A stretch of DNA of 57,023 nucleotides from Gammaproteobacteria bacterium (GTDB taxonomy: Bacteria > Pseudomonadota > Gammaproteobacteria > GCA-001735895), in NCBI GenBank assembly GCA_041821565.1, contig JBGUEB010000001.1, forward strand, positions 1 to 57,023, read 5' to 3'. The notes under the pieces were generated by a model that saw only the letters and a list, made by a program, of their open reading frames with translations, was not told the origin of the DNA and did no database searches. Below are positions 25,530 to 38,532 of this stretch, piece after piece. The first letter of the stretch is position 1. Each line of letters starts with the position of its first letter. A program made the position numbers and the translations under genes.

Positions 25530-27425
25530 ATGGATTTCAACAGGCGTTTTGATGTCATTGTAGTAGGCGGCGGTCATGCGGGCACCGAGGCCTCGCTTGC
25601 GGCTGCGCGCATGGGTGCGAGTACGCTGCTATTGACTCATAGCATCGAAACCCTGGGACAAATGAGTTGTAATCCTGCCATCGGCGGCATTGGTAAGGGC
25701 CATCTGGTCAGGGAAATTGATGCACTCGGCGGCGAAATGGCACTGGCTGCCGACACGGCCGGTATCCAGTTCCGCACACTCAATCGACGCAAGGGCCCTG
25801 CGGTTCGGGCCACGCGAGCACAGACCGATCGACAACTTTACCGGGTCGCGATCCGGGAAAAACTCGAAAATCAGGTCAATCTTTCTATTTTTCAGCAACC
25901 AGTGATTGATTTGATTGAAAATGACGATCGAATCGAAGGCGTCGTCACTCAAATGGGGCTTAGATTTTATGCGCCGACGGTGGTGCTGACCGTTGGTACC
26001 TTCCTCGATGGCAAGATACATATCGGTGATACCAATTACAGTGGCGGTAGAGCGGGTGACCCGCCAGCCACGGCGCTGGCTGCGCGCCTGCGCGAACGCC
26101 CTTTCCGGGTCAGCCGGCTAAAAACCGGCACACCTCCGCGCATTGATCGCAAAAGCATCGATTACAGTGTTATGCAGGAACAACCGGGCGATGATCCCCG
26201 ACCGGTTTTTTCAACCATGGGTTCGATCGATCTGCATCCGCGCCAGATCAGTTGCCATATAACCCATACTAACGAAAAAACACATGACATTATCCGTGAT
26301 AATTTACATCGTTCGCCGCTTTTCAGTGGCGCGATTGAGGGCACGGGTCCGCGCTACTGTCCGTCAATCGAAGACAAGGTAGTGCGATTTGCCGACAAGA
26401 CTTCACACCAGATTTTTGTTGAACCCGAAGGTCTGAATCTGTCCGAAGTTTACCCTAACGGAATTTCAACTAGCCTGCCTTTTGATGTTCAACTAGCGCT
26501 AGTGCACAGTATGACTGGCTTTGAGCAGGCCCATATAATGCGACCTGGTTACGCGATCGAGTATGATTTTTTCGATCCACGCGACCTTCGTGAAACACTT
26601 GAAACCCGGTTCATTCAGGGACTCTATTTCGCTGGCCAGATTAACGGTACCACGGGTTATGAAGAAGCCGGAGCGCAGGGCTTAATTGCCGGCGCCAATG
26701 CTGCCGCAGCGGTACAGGGAAAAGATTCAATCAAGCTCGGCAGATCGCAGGCTTACATCGGGGTTTTGATCGATGACCTGATTACCCGCGGTACCAGTGA
26801 ACCTTATCGCATGTTTACCTCCCGAGCAGAGTATCGCCTGATGTTGCGTGAAGACAATGCCGATTTACGCCTCACCGAAATCGGCCGTAAATTGGGCCTG
26901 GTCGACGATGCTCGCTGGTCTGCGTTCGAGCAATATCGTGAACAACTGGAACGCTTAAAGCAGAAATTGAACGACCAATGGCTGCAACCTGGCAGCAAAC
27001 AGGCGCTAACGCTTTCGAGCGCGTTGCAAAATCCTATAACCCGCGAGTTTCGTCTGGTGGAGATTTTAAAACGTCCGGAGATTCAAATTACAGACCTGAT
27101 GCCCATGCTTGGCGAAGATGCGCAATACCTGGTGCGCGTACAGGAGCAGGCTGAAATCGACGCCAAGTACGCCGGCTACCTGTCGCGTCAGCAACAGGAA
27201 ATTGACAAGGCAATAAAGCACGAGCAAACCTCCCTGCCAGAGTCACTCGAATTTTCTGATGTTCGTGGACTTTCAAACGAAGTTTGTCAGAAGCTACAGG
27301 ATCATCGTCCATCGACTATTGGTCAGGCCGGTCGTATTTCGGGTGTAACCCCGGCGGCAATATCATTGTTGCTGGTTCATTTGAAACGACATGTGCCCGG
27401 GCCTGAAATCCAGAAATCGGCTTGA
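25530..27425 (+). CDS. mnmG: tRNA uridine 5-carboxymethylaminomethyl modification enzyme MnmG (GidA)
   Basis: 631 aa. FAD motif '[13 protein letters not shown]' and '[13 protein letters not shown]'. Confidence 0.97.
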   Translation: MDFNRRFDVIVVGGGHAGTEASLAAARMGASTLLLTHSIETLGQMSCNPAIGGIGKGHLVREIDALGGEMALAADTAGIQFRTLNRRKGPAVRATRAQTDRQLYRVAIREKLENQVNLSIFQQPVIDLIENDDRIEGVVTQMGLRFYAPTVVLTVGTFLDGKIHIGDTNYSGGRAGDPPATALAARLRERPFRVSRLKTGTPPRIDRKSIDYSVMQEQPGDDPRPVFSTMGSIDLHPRQISCHITHTNEKTHDIIRDNLHRSPLFSGAIEGTGPRYCPSIEDKVVRFADKTSHQIFVEPEGLNLSEVYPNGISTSLPFDVQLALVHSMTGFEQAHIMRPGYAIEYDFFDPRDLRETLETRFIQGLYFAGQINGTTGYEEAGAQGLIAGANAAAAVQGKDSIKLGRSQAYIGVLIDDLITRGTSEPYRMFTSRAEYRLMLREDNADLRLTEIGRKLGLVDDARWSAFEQYREQLERLKQKLNDQWLQPGSKQALTLSSALQNPITREFRLVEILKRPEIQITDLMPMLGEDAQYLVRVQEQAEIDAKYAGYLSRQQQEIDKAIKHEQTSLPESLEFSDVRGLSNEVCQKLQDHRPSTIGQAGRISGVTPAAISLLLVHLKRHVPGPEIQKSA

Positions 27426-28048
27426 ACCTGCGAACCCGGTTACAGCAGGGGCTTATCGGTATTGAGCTGCCCCTGGATGAAGCTCAGGTCGATAAATTGC
27501 TCGATTACCTGGCATTACTGGGTAAGTGGAACAAAAGTTATAATCTCACCGCAATCACTGATCCGGTGAAAATGATTTCCTATCATTTACTCGATAGCCT
27601 GGCTATCTTCAATACCGTGAAATCGGCCAGTACCGCGCTTGACGTTGGTACGGGCGCCGGTTTACCTGGTTTGCCGCTGGCGATCGCGATGCCCGATTCG
27701 AAATGGACCCTGCTCGACAGCAATGGCAAAAAAACCCGGTTTTTGCAACAGGTAGTGGCGCAATGCAATATTAACAATGCTGAAGTTGTGCAGTCGAGGG
27801 TTGAAGACTATCATGCCGCAAAACCATTCGATATTATCGTTAGTCGGGCTTATGCGTCTTTATCCAGTTTCGTTGATAGTGTCCAGCATCTGTCGCAGCC
27901 TGAAACCACGCTACTAACGATGAAAACCGGTCTTGACACCGAAGAAGCCGGGGTTTTAGACAGTACGAAATATCTGATTGAGGAAACTAGCTTGCAAATT
28001 CCGGGTATTAATTCAGGCCGAAGCCTGGTCAAGTTACGGCAACGATAA
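27422..28048 (+). CDS. rsmG: 16S rRNA (guanine527-N7)-methyltransferase RsmG (GidB)
   Basis: 208 aa. 'WNK.YNLT' and '[10 protein letters not shown]'. Putative TTG start overlapping the mnmG stop, so the start is uncertain. Confidence 0.88.
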   Translation: MNLRTRLQQGLIGIELPLDEAQVDKLLDYLALLGKWNKSYNLTAITDPVKMISYHLLDSLAIFNTVKSASTALDVGTGAGLPGLPLAIAMPDSKWTLLDSNGKKTRFLQQVVAQCNINNAEVVQSRVEDYHAAKPFDIIVSRAYASLSSFVDSVQHLSQPETTLLTMKTGLDTEEAGVLDSTKYLIEETSLQIPGINSGRSLVKLRQR

Positions 28049-28049
28049 T

Positions 28050-28835
28050 ATGAGCAAAAAGATTACCATTGCCAATCAGAAAGGCGGCGTCGGCAAAACC
28101 ACTACCACGGTCAACCTGGCTGCCGCACTGGCTGCGACCAAAAGGCGGGTATTGCTGATCGATATGGATCCCCAGGGTAACGCGACTATGGGCAGCGGCG
28201 TGGATAAAAATAATCTTTTGGTCAGTATTTGCGATGTGCTACTGGGAGATTCCACCGCTCGCAATGCCCTGATCAAGCTAACTGATGCGGGCTATGATAT
28301 TTTGCCCGCGAACGCGGATTTGACCGCGGCCGAAGTTCAGCTCATGACTCGTATCGGACGCGAACGTCAACTGGCCCTGGCACTGGAGCCGATCGCCAGT
28401 GAATATGACTATATTTTGATCGACTGCCCGCCTTCGTTAAATATGCTAACAGTGAACGCACTGGTCGCGGCAGATGGTATTTTGATCCCGATGCAATGCG
28501 AGTATTACGCGCTTGAAGGCCTGTCCTCGCTGCTCGATACCATCGATCAAATTCGGATCAGTGTTAACCCCAGCCTTAAGCTGGAAGGCGTACTGCGCAC
28601 CATGTACGATTCACGCAATAATCTGGCAAACGATGTGTCTTCCGAGCTCGCTGAGCATTTTGGCGACCAGGTTTATCGCACCGTTATTCCGCGTAATATA
28701 CGCCTCGCGGAAGCCCCCAGTTACGGTCAACCAATTTTACAGTATGACAAGAATTCCCGTGGGTCAATGGCATACCTGGCGCTCGCGGGTGAAGTTTTGC
28801 GGCGAGATGCCAAGCAAAGCGCCCATACCAATTAA
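28050..28835 (+). CDS. parA: Chromosome partitioning ATPase ParA (Soj)
   Basis: Deviant Walker A 'NQKGGVGKTTT'. Start set at the ATG at 28050, just after the rsmG stop. Confidence 0.95.
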   Translation: MSKKITIANQKGGVGKTTTTVNLAAALAATKRRVLLIDMDPQGNATMGSGVDKNNLLVSICDVLLGDSTARNALIKLTDAGYDILPANADLTAAEVQLMTRIGRERQLALALEPIASEYDYILIDCPPSLNMLTVNALVAADGILIPMQCEYYALEGLSSLLDTIDQIRISVNPSLKLEGVLRTMYDSRNNLANDVSSELAEHFGDQVYRTVIPRNIRLAEAPSYGQPILQYDKNSRGSMAYLALAGEVLRRDAKQSAHTN

Positions 28836-28843
28836 GTGCGAAT

Positions 28844-29710
28844 ATGAAGAAAAAGCGACTAGGCAGAGGGCTGGGTTCATTAATCGGTAATATTGATGAA
28901 GTTACCCATGTCAGCGAGCAAGACAGGACGAGCGGGTTTAGTGAAATCGATATTGATCGAATACAGCGCGGGAAGTATCAGCCCAGGCAAAATTTTGACC
29001 AGCAGTCGCTTCAGGAACTGGCCGACTCGATAAGATCGCAGGGTATCGTTCAGCCCATCGTGGTAAGACCCGAAGGCGGCCATTTCGAGTTAGTCGCGGG
29101 TGAACGTCGCTGGCGCGCCGCACAAATTGCAGGCCTGCAAAAGATACCGGCCGTAATACGTGATCTCGATAGTAAGTCAGCCGCGGCAATAGCACTGATT
29201 GAAAATATTCAGCGTGAAGATCTTAATCCGCTGGAACAAGCCCATGCATTTCTGCGCTTGATTGACGAGTTTGATCTGACACATCAGCAGGTAGCTGATT
29301 CGGTAGGACGCTCGCGGGCCTCGGTGAGTAACCTACTGCGCCTGCTCGACCTCGCAGATCCGGTCAAACAGCTGGTCAATCATGGGCAACTCGATATGGG
29401 CCATGCACGTGCACTGCTTGGCCTGATTCGACACGATCAAATTGAAGTTGCCAATATTGTGGTCAAGCGCGGGCTATCGGTTCGTGAGACAGAGGCACTG
29501 GTGAAGCAGGTACTCAAGGGTGGGTCCGGGAAAAAGGCGGTAGTAGAGAAATCTGACCCGGATGTCAGGCGGCTGGAAAACCGGATTAGCGAAAAACTCG
29601 GTGCTGCGGTCAAAATTAAATCGGGTAAACAGGGTTCCGGTCAACTCGTAGTCAGCTTCCATAACAGTGACGAACTGGAAGGAATTCTTGAACACCTGGG
29701 TTTAAAGTAG
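28844..29710 (+). CDS. parB: Chromosome partitioning protein ParB (Spo0J)
   Basis: 288 aa. 'LGRGL', 'QPRQ.F' and 'GERRWRAA' ParB box. Confidence 0.95.
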   Translation: MKKKRLGRGLGSLIGNIDEVTHVSEQDRTSGFSEIDIDRIQRGKYQPRQNFDQQSLQELADSIRSQGIVQPIVVRPEGGHFELVAGERRWRAAQIAGLQKIPAVIRDLDSKSAAAIALIENIQREDLNPLEQAHAFLRLIDEFDLTHQQVADSVGRSRASVSNLLRLLDLADPVKQLVNHGQLDMGHARALLGLIRHDQIEVANIVVKRGLSVRETEALVKQVLKGGSGKKAVVEKSDPDVRRLENRISEKLGAAVKIKSGKQGSGQLVVSFHNSDELEGILEHLGLK

Positions 29711-29729
29711 CGGGTATCAATGTCACTTA

Positions 29730-29840
29730 CTTAAGCCTGTCATTGCGAGCGTAGCGAAGCAATCTCTCAGGCCGGAGCCAGTTGTATGGAGATTGTTTCG
29801 TCGCTTTGCTCCTCGCAATGACGGTAGTTTTGGGCTTAAG
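29730..29840. repeat. 111-bp imperfect palindrome between parB and the atp operon
   Basis: cttaagcctgtcattgcgagcgtagcgaagcaatctc (29730-29766) pairs with gagattgtttcgtcgctttgctcctcgcaatgacgg..ggcttaag (29789-29840). Confidence 0.8.
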
Positions 29841-30101
29841 CAAGTGCCGTTGGTAACGGGCATATTTTTGTGCCGGGACGATTCTATGGGAATCGGTATT
29901 ACCAGGAACAATGATTAAGTAGTTGATTTTAAATATTTAAGCGGCTTAATTCTAACTATCAGAAGGGGTTCAGGGTTCTGCAAATTTGTAATTAATATGT
30001 ATATCAAATTATTCAATTCGGTGATTGATTATTAAGGTTTAACTACTTATACTCTGCATCCGAATTTGGGGGTGATAGTGTTGATTACTCCCGATAAGGC
30101 C

Positions 30102-31320
<1,219 letters not shown>

Positions 31321-31351
31321 TTTTTAACATAAACACACACTATCTATTTAG

Positions 31352-31591
<240 letters not shown>

Positions 31592-31632
31592 GCGCCCGAA
31601 GAAGCGATTTTAACTAGAACGAGGACAGCAAT

Positions 31633-32103
31633 ATGAATTTCAATGCAACGCTGATAGGGCAAACTATCACATTTATTGTGTTTGTCTGGTTCTGCATGAA
31701 ATATATATGGCCGCCACTCATGGCAGCGCTCGAAGAACGTAACGCCAGGATCTCCGCAGGTCTCGCGGCTGCCGAACAGGGTCAAAAAGATCTTGTGGAG
31801 GCACAGTCAAAAGTGAGTGATGGCCTCAAGGATGCCAAGCAACAGGCGCAGGAAATCATCAATCAGGCGCAAAAACGTGCCAACGAAATTGTTGACGAGG
31901 CGAAGGATATCGCGCGTGACGAGGCTGAAAAAATCAAGGTCTCGGCGACTTCAGATATCGATCAACAGGTTAATAGTGCGCGTGAGCAACTACGCAAGGA
32001 AGTATCCGGGATTGCACTGGCGGGTGCGGAACAAATTCTCAAACGTGAAGTCGACGCCAGCACCCATGCCGCAGTTCTCGATGAACTGGTCGCGCAGATC
32101 TAG
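31633..32103 (+). CDS. atpF: F0F1 ATP synthase subunit b
   Basis: 156 aa. N-terminal TM segment plus a long charged helix. Operon position. Confidence 0.93.
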   Translation: MNFNATLIGQTITFIVFVWFCMKYIWPPLMAALEERNARISAGLAAAEQGQKDLVEAQSKVSDGLKDAKQQAQEIINQAQKRANEIVDEAKDIARDEAEKIKVSATSDIDQQVNSAREQLRKEVSGIALAGAEQILKREVDASTHAAVLDELVAQI

Positions 32104-32114
32104 GCCCCGATCTT

Positions 32115-32666
32115 ATGTCTGATTTCGATACAGCAGCCAGACCTTACGCCAGGGCCATATTTGAGCTGGCTTCTGAAGAAGACAGCTTGCAGGCCTGGGG
32201 TGATTTACTGCAACTGGCCTCGGCCGTGGCGTCCGATGCCGATATGCAGACAATGTTTGAGCTACCGTCAATGCTGTCAAAGGATCAGGCCGAGCTGTTT
32301 TTGTCGGTCATGTCGGGTGTTAAAGACGCACCCGAACAAACCGCTAATTTTAAGAACCTGGTTGCACTGTTGGCTGAAAACGATCGACTCGCCGGGATAC
32401 CGGCAATTGCCACTAGCTTCGAAACTCTGAAACGAGAGGCCGAAGGCAAGATTGAAGTGCAGGTCACCTCCGCGAAAGAATTAAGCGCCGAGCAACAGGA
32501 AGCAATGGCGAGCAGTCTGGCGAAAAAGCTGGGTAAGGAAGTGAGTATGACAACCGAGGTTGATGAGTCATTAATCGCCGGCGCCATCATCCATGCAGGT
32601 GATATGGTGATCGATGGATCTGCACGCGGCCGCCTCGACAAGCTTACCTCTGTGCTCAACAAATGA
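32115..32666 (+). CDS. atpH: F0F1 ATP synthase subunit delta
   Basis: 183 aa. 'ARPYA.A.FE.A' N-terminus. Operon position. Confidence 0.92.
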   Translation: MSDFDTAARPYARAIFELASEEDSLQAWGDLLQLASAVASDADMQTMFELPSMLSKDQAELFLSVMSGVKDAPEQTANFKNLVALLAENDRLAGIPAIATSFETLKREAEGKIEVQVTSAKELSAEQQEAMASSLAKKLGKEVSMTTEVDESLIAGAIIHAGDMVIDGSARGRLDKLTSVLNK

Positions 32667-32681
32667 TTACGATAAGCCATT

Positions 32682-32713
32682 ATATAAATAATACGATATA
32701 TAAATAATACGAT
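32682..32713. repeat. Perfect 16-bp tandem duplication (atataaataatacgat x2) in the atpH-atpA spacer
   Basis: 32682-32697 is identical to 32698-32713. The spacer is 70 bp and AT-rich. Confidence 0.9.
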
Positions 32714-32736
32714 TTTAATGATTACGGGATAACGCA

Positions 32737-34278
32737 ATGCAACTTAATCCGTCAGAAATAAGCGAACTTATTAAAGATCGCATTAAGAATTTTGAAAGCG
32801 CTGCCGAAGCGAGAACAGAAGGTACTGTTGTCAGTTTGATGGACGGTATCGCACGTATACACGGTCTTGCCGATGTCATGTCGGGTGAAATGGTCGAATT
32901 CCCGGGCGACACCTTCGGTATGGCGCTAAACCTGGAAAGAGATTCAGTCGGTGCGGTAATCCTGGGTGCCTACGGACATATATCTGAAGGCGATACTGCC
33001 AAGTGTACCGGTCGTATCCTCGAAGTGCCTGTCGGCGAAGAATTACTGGGCCGCGTGGTGAATTCACTCGGTGAGGCGATTGACGGCAAGGGTGCGATCA
33101 AATCCAAAGATTTCATGCCAATTGAAAGAATTGCACCGGGTGTTATCCAGCGCCAGTCGGTAGATCAGCCAGTACAAACTGGCCTGAAGTCAATCGATGC
33201 CATGGTTCCGATCGGTCGCGGACAGCGCGAATTAATTATCGGCGACCGTCAAACCGGTAAATCCGCGGTTGCGATCGATGCGATTATCAACCAGAAGGGT
33301 ACCGGCATTAAATGCGTTTACGTCGGTATCGGACAAAAGGCTTCGACTATTGCCAACGTGGTGCGCAAGCTCGAAGAACATGGCGCCATGGAACACACCA
33401 TCGTCGTCGCTGCGAATGCTTCCGATTCGGCGGCACTGCAATATATTGCGCCCTACTCGGGTTGCACCATGGGAGAGTACTTCCGTGATAAAGGCGAAGA
33501 CGCGTTAATCATTTACGACGATCTCACCAAGCAGGCCTGGGCCTATCGCCAGGTTTCATTGCTACTGCGTCGTCCGCCGGGACGCGAAGCTTATCCGGGT
33601 GACGTTTTCTACCTGCATTCACGTTTACTCGAACGTGCGGCGCGAATTAACGCGGACTGTGTTGAAAATTATTCCGGCGGCAAGGTTAAGGGTAAAACCG
33701 GTTCGCTTACCGCGTTACCGATTATTGAAACCCAGGGTGGTGACGTATCGGCATTCGTACCAACCAATGTTATCTCGATTACTGATGGACAGATATTCCT
33801 TGAATCCGACCTGTTCAACGCCGGTATTCGCCCAGCGATCAACGCGGGCCTGTCGGTATCGCGTGTTGGCGGCGCGGCACAGACCAAGATTATCAAGAAA
33901 CTTGGTGGCGGCGTGCGGCTTGCGTTGGCGCAGTATCGTGAACTCGCGGCATTTTCGCAGTTTGCCTCGGATCTTGACGAAGCCACTCGAAAGCAGCTCG
34001 AACGCGGCCAGCGGGTAACCGAATTGATGAAGCAAAAGCAATACTCGCCATTATCGGTAGCCGAGATGGGCGTTTCCCTGTACGCGGCTAACGAGGGTTA
34101 TCTGGACGACGTTGATCTCAAAAAAATCGTGCCCTTCGAAGAAGCGTTGCACGCACACGTGAAGTCGAAAAATAGTGATTTGCTGGAGTCTATTAATGCC
34201 ACTGGTGACTACAATGATGAGATTGCAGGCAAGCTCGCTGCAGCCATCGAAGACTTTAAAGCTAACGGCGTCTACTAA
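32737..34278 (+). CDS. atpA: F0F1 ATP synthase subunit alpha
   Basis: 513 aa. Walker A 'GDRQTGKS'. Confidence 0.98.
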   Translation: MQLNPSEISELIKDRIKNFESAAEARTEGTVVSLMDGIARIHGLADVMSGEMVEFPGDTFGMALNLERDSVGAVILGAYGHISEGDTAKCTGRILEVPVGEELLGRVVNSLGEAIDGKGAIKSKDFMPIERIAPGVIQRQSVDQPVQTGLKSIDAMVPIGRGQRELIIGDRQTGKSAVAIDAIINQKGTGIKCVYVGIGQKASTIANVVRKLEEHGAMEHTIVVAANASDSAALQYIAPYSGCTMGEYFRDKGEDALIIYDDLTKQAWAYRQVSLLLRRPPGREAYPGDVFYLHSRLLERAARINADCVENYSGGKVKGKTGSLTALPIIETQGGDVSAFVPTNVISITDGQIFLESDLFNAGIRPAINAGLSVSRVGGAAQTKIIKKLGGGVRLALAQYRELAAFSQFASDLDEATRKQLERGQRVTELMKQKQYSPLSVAEMGVSLYAANEGYLDDVDLKKIVPFEEALHAHVKSKNSDLLESINATGDYNDEIAGKLAAAIEDFKANGVY

Positions 34279-34290
34279 GAGTATCGACTA

Positions 34291-35151
34291 ATGGCTGGCG
34301 GCAAAGAAATAAAGACCAAGATCACGAGTATTCAAAATACTCAAAAGATCACCAAGGCCATGGAAATGGTGGCGGCGAGCAAGATGCGCCGTGCCCAGGA
34401 TCAAATGTTCGCGACCCGGCCCTATGCACAAAGAATGGCCACGTTGGTCAGCCATATTGCCAGTTCCCACCCCGAGTATAAGCACCCTTTCCTGATCGAT
34501 AGACCGATAAAGCGAGCCGGTGTCATTGCTATTTCGACCGACCGTGGCCTTTGTGGTGGTTTGAATACGAATGTGTTCAAGAGGTCATTGGACAAAATTG
34601 GCGAACTGGACAAACAGGGTATCGAAATCGAAGTGGTCACCTTCGGTGGTAAAGCGCTCAGCTTTTACAAGCGAATCGGTGCCAGGGTGGTTGCCGAGGC
34701 GAGTCATATCGGTGACAGGCCAGAAATGGCTTCTATTATTGGACCGGTACAGGTATTACTGAAAAATTATGCCGATGGTGAAATAGACGCAATCTACCTG
34801 ATTAGCAACGAGTTTGTTAATACCATGACCCAGGAACCAAAGATTACCCAGCTGGTTCCGGTTGTACCCTCGGAGGATACCGAACTCAAACATTACTGGG
34901 ATTACATCTATGAACCCGGTTCGAAAGAAGTGCTTGATAATGTCCTGGATCGTTATATCGAGTCTCTGGTCTATCAGGCAGTGGTTGAAAATGTTGCCTG
35001 CGAAATGGCTGCACGCATGCTGGCGATGAAGAATGCGACCGACAATGCGGGCGATATGATCGACGAGCTTCAATTAATCTACAATCGCGAACGTCAGGCG
35101 AGCATCACTCAGGAAATCAGTGAGATCGTCGGTGGCGCGGCCGCGGTTTAA
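34291..35151 (+). CDS. atpG: F0F1 ATP synthase subunit gamma
   Basis: 286 aa. 'I....[17 protein letters not shown]' N-terminus. Confidence 0.97.
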   Translation: MAGGKEIKTKITSIQNTQKITKAMEMVAASKMRRAQDQMFATRPYAQRMATLVSHIASSHPEYKHPFLIDRPIKRAGVIAISTDRGLCGGLNTNVFKRSLDKIGELDKQGIEIEVVTFGGKALSFYKRIGARVVAEASHIGDRPEMASIIGPVQVLLKNYADGEIDAIYLISNEFVNTMTQEPKITQLVPVVPSEDTELKHYWDYIYEPGSKEVLDNVLDRYIESLVYQAVVENVACEMAARMLAMKNATDNAGDMIDELQLIYNRERQASITQEISEIVGGAAAV

Positions 35152-35180
35152 AACAAACGTAATAGAATTAAGAGGATTGA

Positions 35181-36563
<1,383 letters not shown>

Positions 36564-36574
36564 GGCAAAATCGC

Positions 36575-36991
36575 ATGGCTAATACCATAAAGGTCGATAT
36601 CGTAAGTGCCGAAGAGCAAATCTTCTCTGGTGAGGCGTACATGGTATATGCGCCCGCGGTAATGGGTGAAGTAGGTATAGCCCCACGCCATACGCCGCTT
36701 ATATCGCCGTTGAAACCCGGTGAGATAAGACTCGATATGGGCGACGGCAAGGAGGAATTCTTCTTTATTTCCGGGGGCATTCTTGAAGTACAGCCGCACA
36801 TGGTAACGGTACTCTCAGATACCGCAATTCGTGCGGCTGACCTCAACGAGGCAGCAGCGCTGGAAGCCAAGAAACGTGCCGAAGCGGCTCTCGCAGATCA
36901 GCAGTCTGACCTCGATGTTGCCAAGGCCCGGGCTGAAATTGCCGCCGCTGCCGCACAGATTGCGGCGATACAAAAGTTGAGAAAGAGATAA
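36575..36991 (+). CDS. atpC: F0F1 ATP synthase subunit epsilon
   Basis: 138 aa. Last gene of the atp operon. Confidence 0.95.
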   Translation: MANTIKVDIVSAEEQIFSGEAYMVYAPAVMGEVGIAPRHTPLISPLKPGEIRLDMGDGKEEFFFISGGILEVQPHMVTVLSDTAIRAADLNEAAALEAKKRAEAALADQQSDLDVAKARAEIAAAAAQIAAIQKLRKR

Positions 36992-37021
36992 TCCATAAAC
37001 TGCACAGTGTGACCAGGTTCG

Positions 37022-37051
37022 AAAAAGGAGGCATTAGCCTCCTTTTTTTTT
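37022..37051 (+). terminator. Rho-independent terminator of the atp operon
   Basis: aaaaaggaggc-atta-gcctccttttttttt: an 11-bp stem followed by a T-run, 30 nt after the atpC stop. Confidence 0.85.
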
Positions 37052-37101
37052 GATGTTGGTTTACAATAGTCGCAGAATCAGTGACCGCTACAGGAAGGGC
37101 A

Positions 37102-38466
37102 ATGCCACTTAGTATTATTATTCTCGCTGCTGGGCAGGGTACGCGCATGAAATCAGCGCGACCCAAGGTTATTCACCCGGTTGCCGGCAGACCTATGTTA
37201 CAACATGTCGTCGACACTAGCCTGTTACTCAAACCTGAGCAGGTGATAGTTGTAGTCGGTCATCAGTCAGAACAGGTACGCCAGCTAATCAATGGCGAGG
37301 GACTGATTTTTGTTGAGCAAACACAGCAACTGGGCACTGGGCACGCGGTCGTACAGTGCCTGGGCGAACTCAATGAGGGAAATGATGTCCTCGTCCTGTA
37401 CGGTGATGTTCCTTTAATTAAAGCTGAAACCCTGCAAGGATTACTAAGTGATACTGAGGGCTCAAGCATTGGAATTCTAAGCTTTGTCCCTGTGAATGCG
37501 CATGGTTATGGTCGAATCCTGCGAGATGAAGATGATAGCGTTAAAGCTATCGTCGAAGAAAAAGATGCAAGCAGCGAAGAGAAAAATATTCGTGAATCGA
37601 ATTCAGGCATATTGTTTATGAATGGCGCAAATCTCCACTCTCTAATCGAAAAACTGGACGATGATAATACCCAGTCGGAGTTTTATTTGACCGATGTGGT
37701 CAGGCATGCGGTCAACGCTAATTTGAATGTCTCGGCAACTATCTGTGCCAGTGCAGAAGAGGTATCCGGGGTAAACAACCAGGCTCAGCTCGCAGAGGTG
37801 GAACGGATTTATGCGCGCCGACAGGCTGATAAACTGATGCTGGAAGGGGTTAAATTATACGATCCAGATCGCATCGATGTACGCGGTAATTTACAGGTTG
37901 GGACCGATGTCGAGATTGACGTCAATTGTATATTTGAAGGCGATGTGACGTTAGCTGATAATGTTCGAATAGGCGCCAATTGTGTAATTCGTAATTCCAA
38001 GATTGGTACTGGCAGCATTATTTTGCCGATGACAACAATCGACGAAGCAATAACTGGATCTCGGGTTTCGATTGGTCCATATGCGAGGATCAGGCCAGGA
38101 ACCGAATGTGACGATGGCGTAAAGATTGGAAACTTCGTCGAAATCAAGAAAGCTAAAATTGGCGCGGGCAGCAAAGTCAATCATTTGAGCTATATTGGTG
38201 ATACAGATATGGGCAGTGGTGTGAACATAGGCGCCGGTACCATTACCTGCAATTACGATGGGTTTAATAAATTTAAGACCATTATAGAAGACGATGTATT
38301 CGTTGGCTCGGATACGCAACTGGTCGCGCCCGTCACGATTGCGAGGGGCAGCACGATCGGTGCGGGATCGACAATAACCAGGGATACGCCAGCGCACAAG
38401 TTGACCCTGTCGAGACCTAAACAGGTGACCCTGGAAAGTTGGAAAAAACCGACCAGGAAAAAATGA
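37102..38466 (+). CDS. glmU: Bifunctional UDP-N-acetylglucosamine pyrophosphorylase / glucosamine-1-phosphate N-acetyltransferase
   Basis: 'LAAGQGTRMKS' and C-terminal hexapeptide repeats. Start set at the ATG at 37102 (the track used GTG at 37081). Confidence 0.95.
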   Translation: MPLSIIILAAGQGTRMKSARPKVIHPVAGRPMLQHVVDTSLLLKPEQVIVVVGHQSEQVRQLINGEGLIFVEQTQQLGTGHAVVQCLGELNEGNDVLVLYGDVPLIKAETLQGLLSDTEGSSIGILSFVPVNAHGYGRILRDEDDSVKAIVEEKDASSEEKNIRESNSGILFMNGANLHSLIEKLDDDNTQSEFYLTDVVRHAVNANLNVSATICASAEEVSGVNNQAQLAEVERIYARRQADKLMLEGVKLYDPDRIDVRGNLQVGTDVEIDVNCIFEGDVTLADNVRIGANCVIRNSKIGTGSIILPMTTIDEAITGSRVSIGPYARIRPGTECDDGVKIGNFVEIKKAKIGAGSKVNHLSYIGDTDMGSGVNIGAGTITCNYDGFNKFKTIIEDDVFVGSDTQLVAPVTIARGSTIGAGSTITRDTPAHKLTLSRPKQVTLESWKKPTRKK

Positions 38467-38483
38467 AATAGAAAAGAAAAGTC

Positions 38484-38523
38484 AGAAAATTAGAGCCGAA
38501 AAATTAGAGCCAGAAAATTAGAG
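38484..38523. repeat. 14-bp tandem repeat (a/g)gaaaattagagcc, 2.9 copies, between glmU and glmS
   Basis: Units at 38484-38497, 38498-38511 and 38512-38523 (partial), ending 9 nt before the glmS ATG. Confidence 0.9.
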
Positions 38524-38532
38524 AATAAGTAA

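Noticed and set aside
28844-30065. parS site (tGTTTCACGTGAAACa) in or near parB
   Set aside because: No 16-bp palindrome of this type was seen. The only CACGTGAAAAC-like string in the window (about 19141) lacks the left half-site.
38484-38523. Short direct repeats (also 13973-14040 and 32682-32713) considered as a possible CRISPR array
   Set aside because: The units are 14-21 bp and directly abutting with no spacers, there are at most 3 copies, and no cas genes are present.
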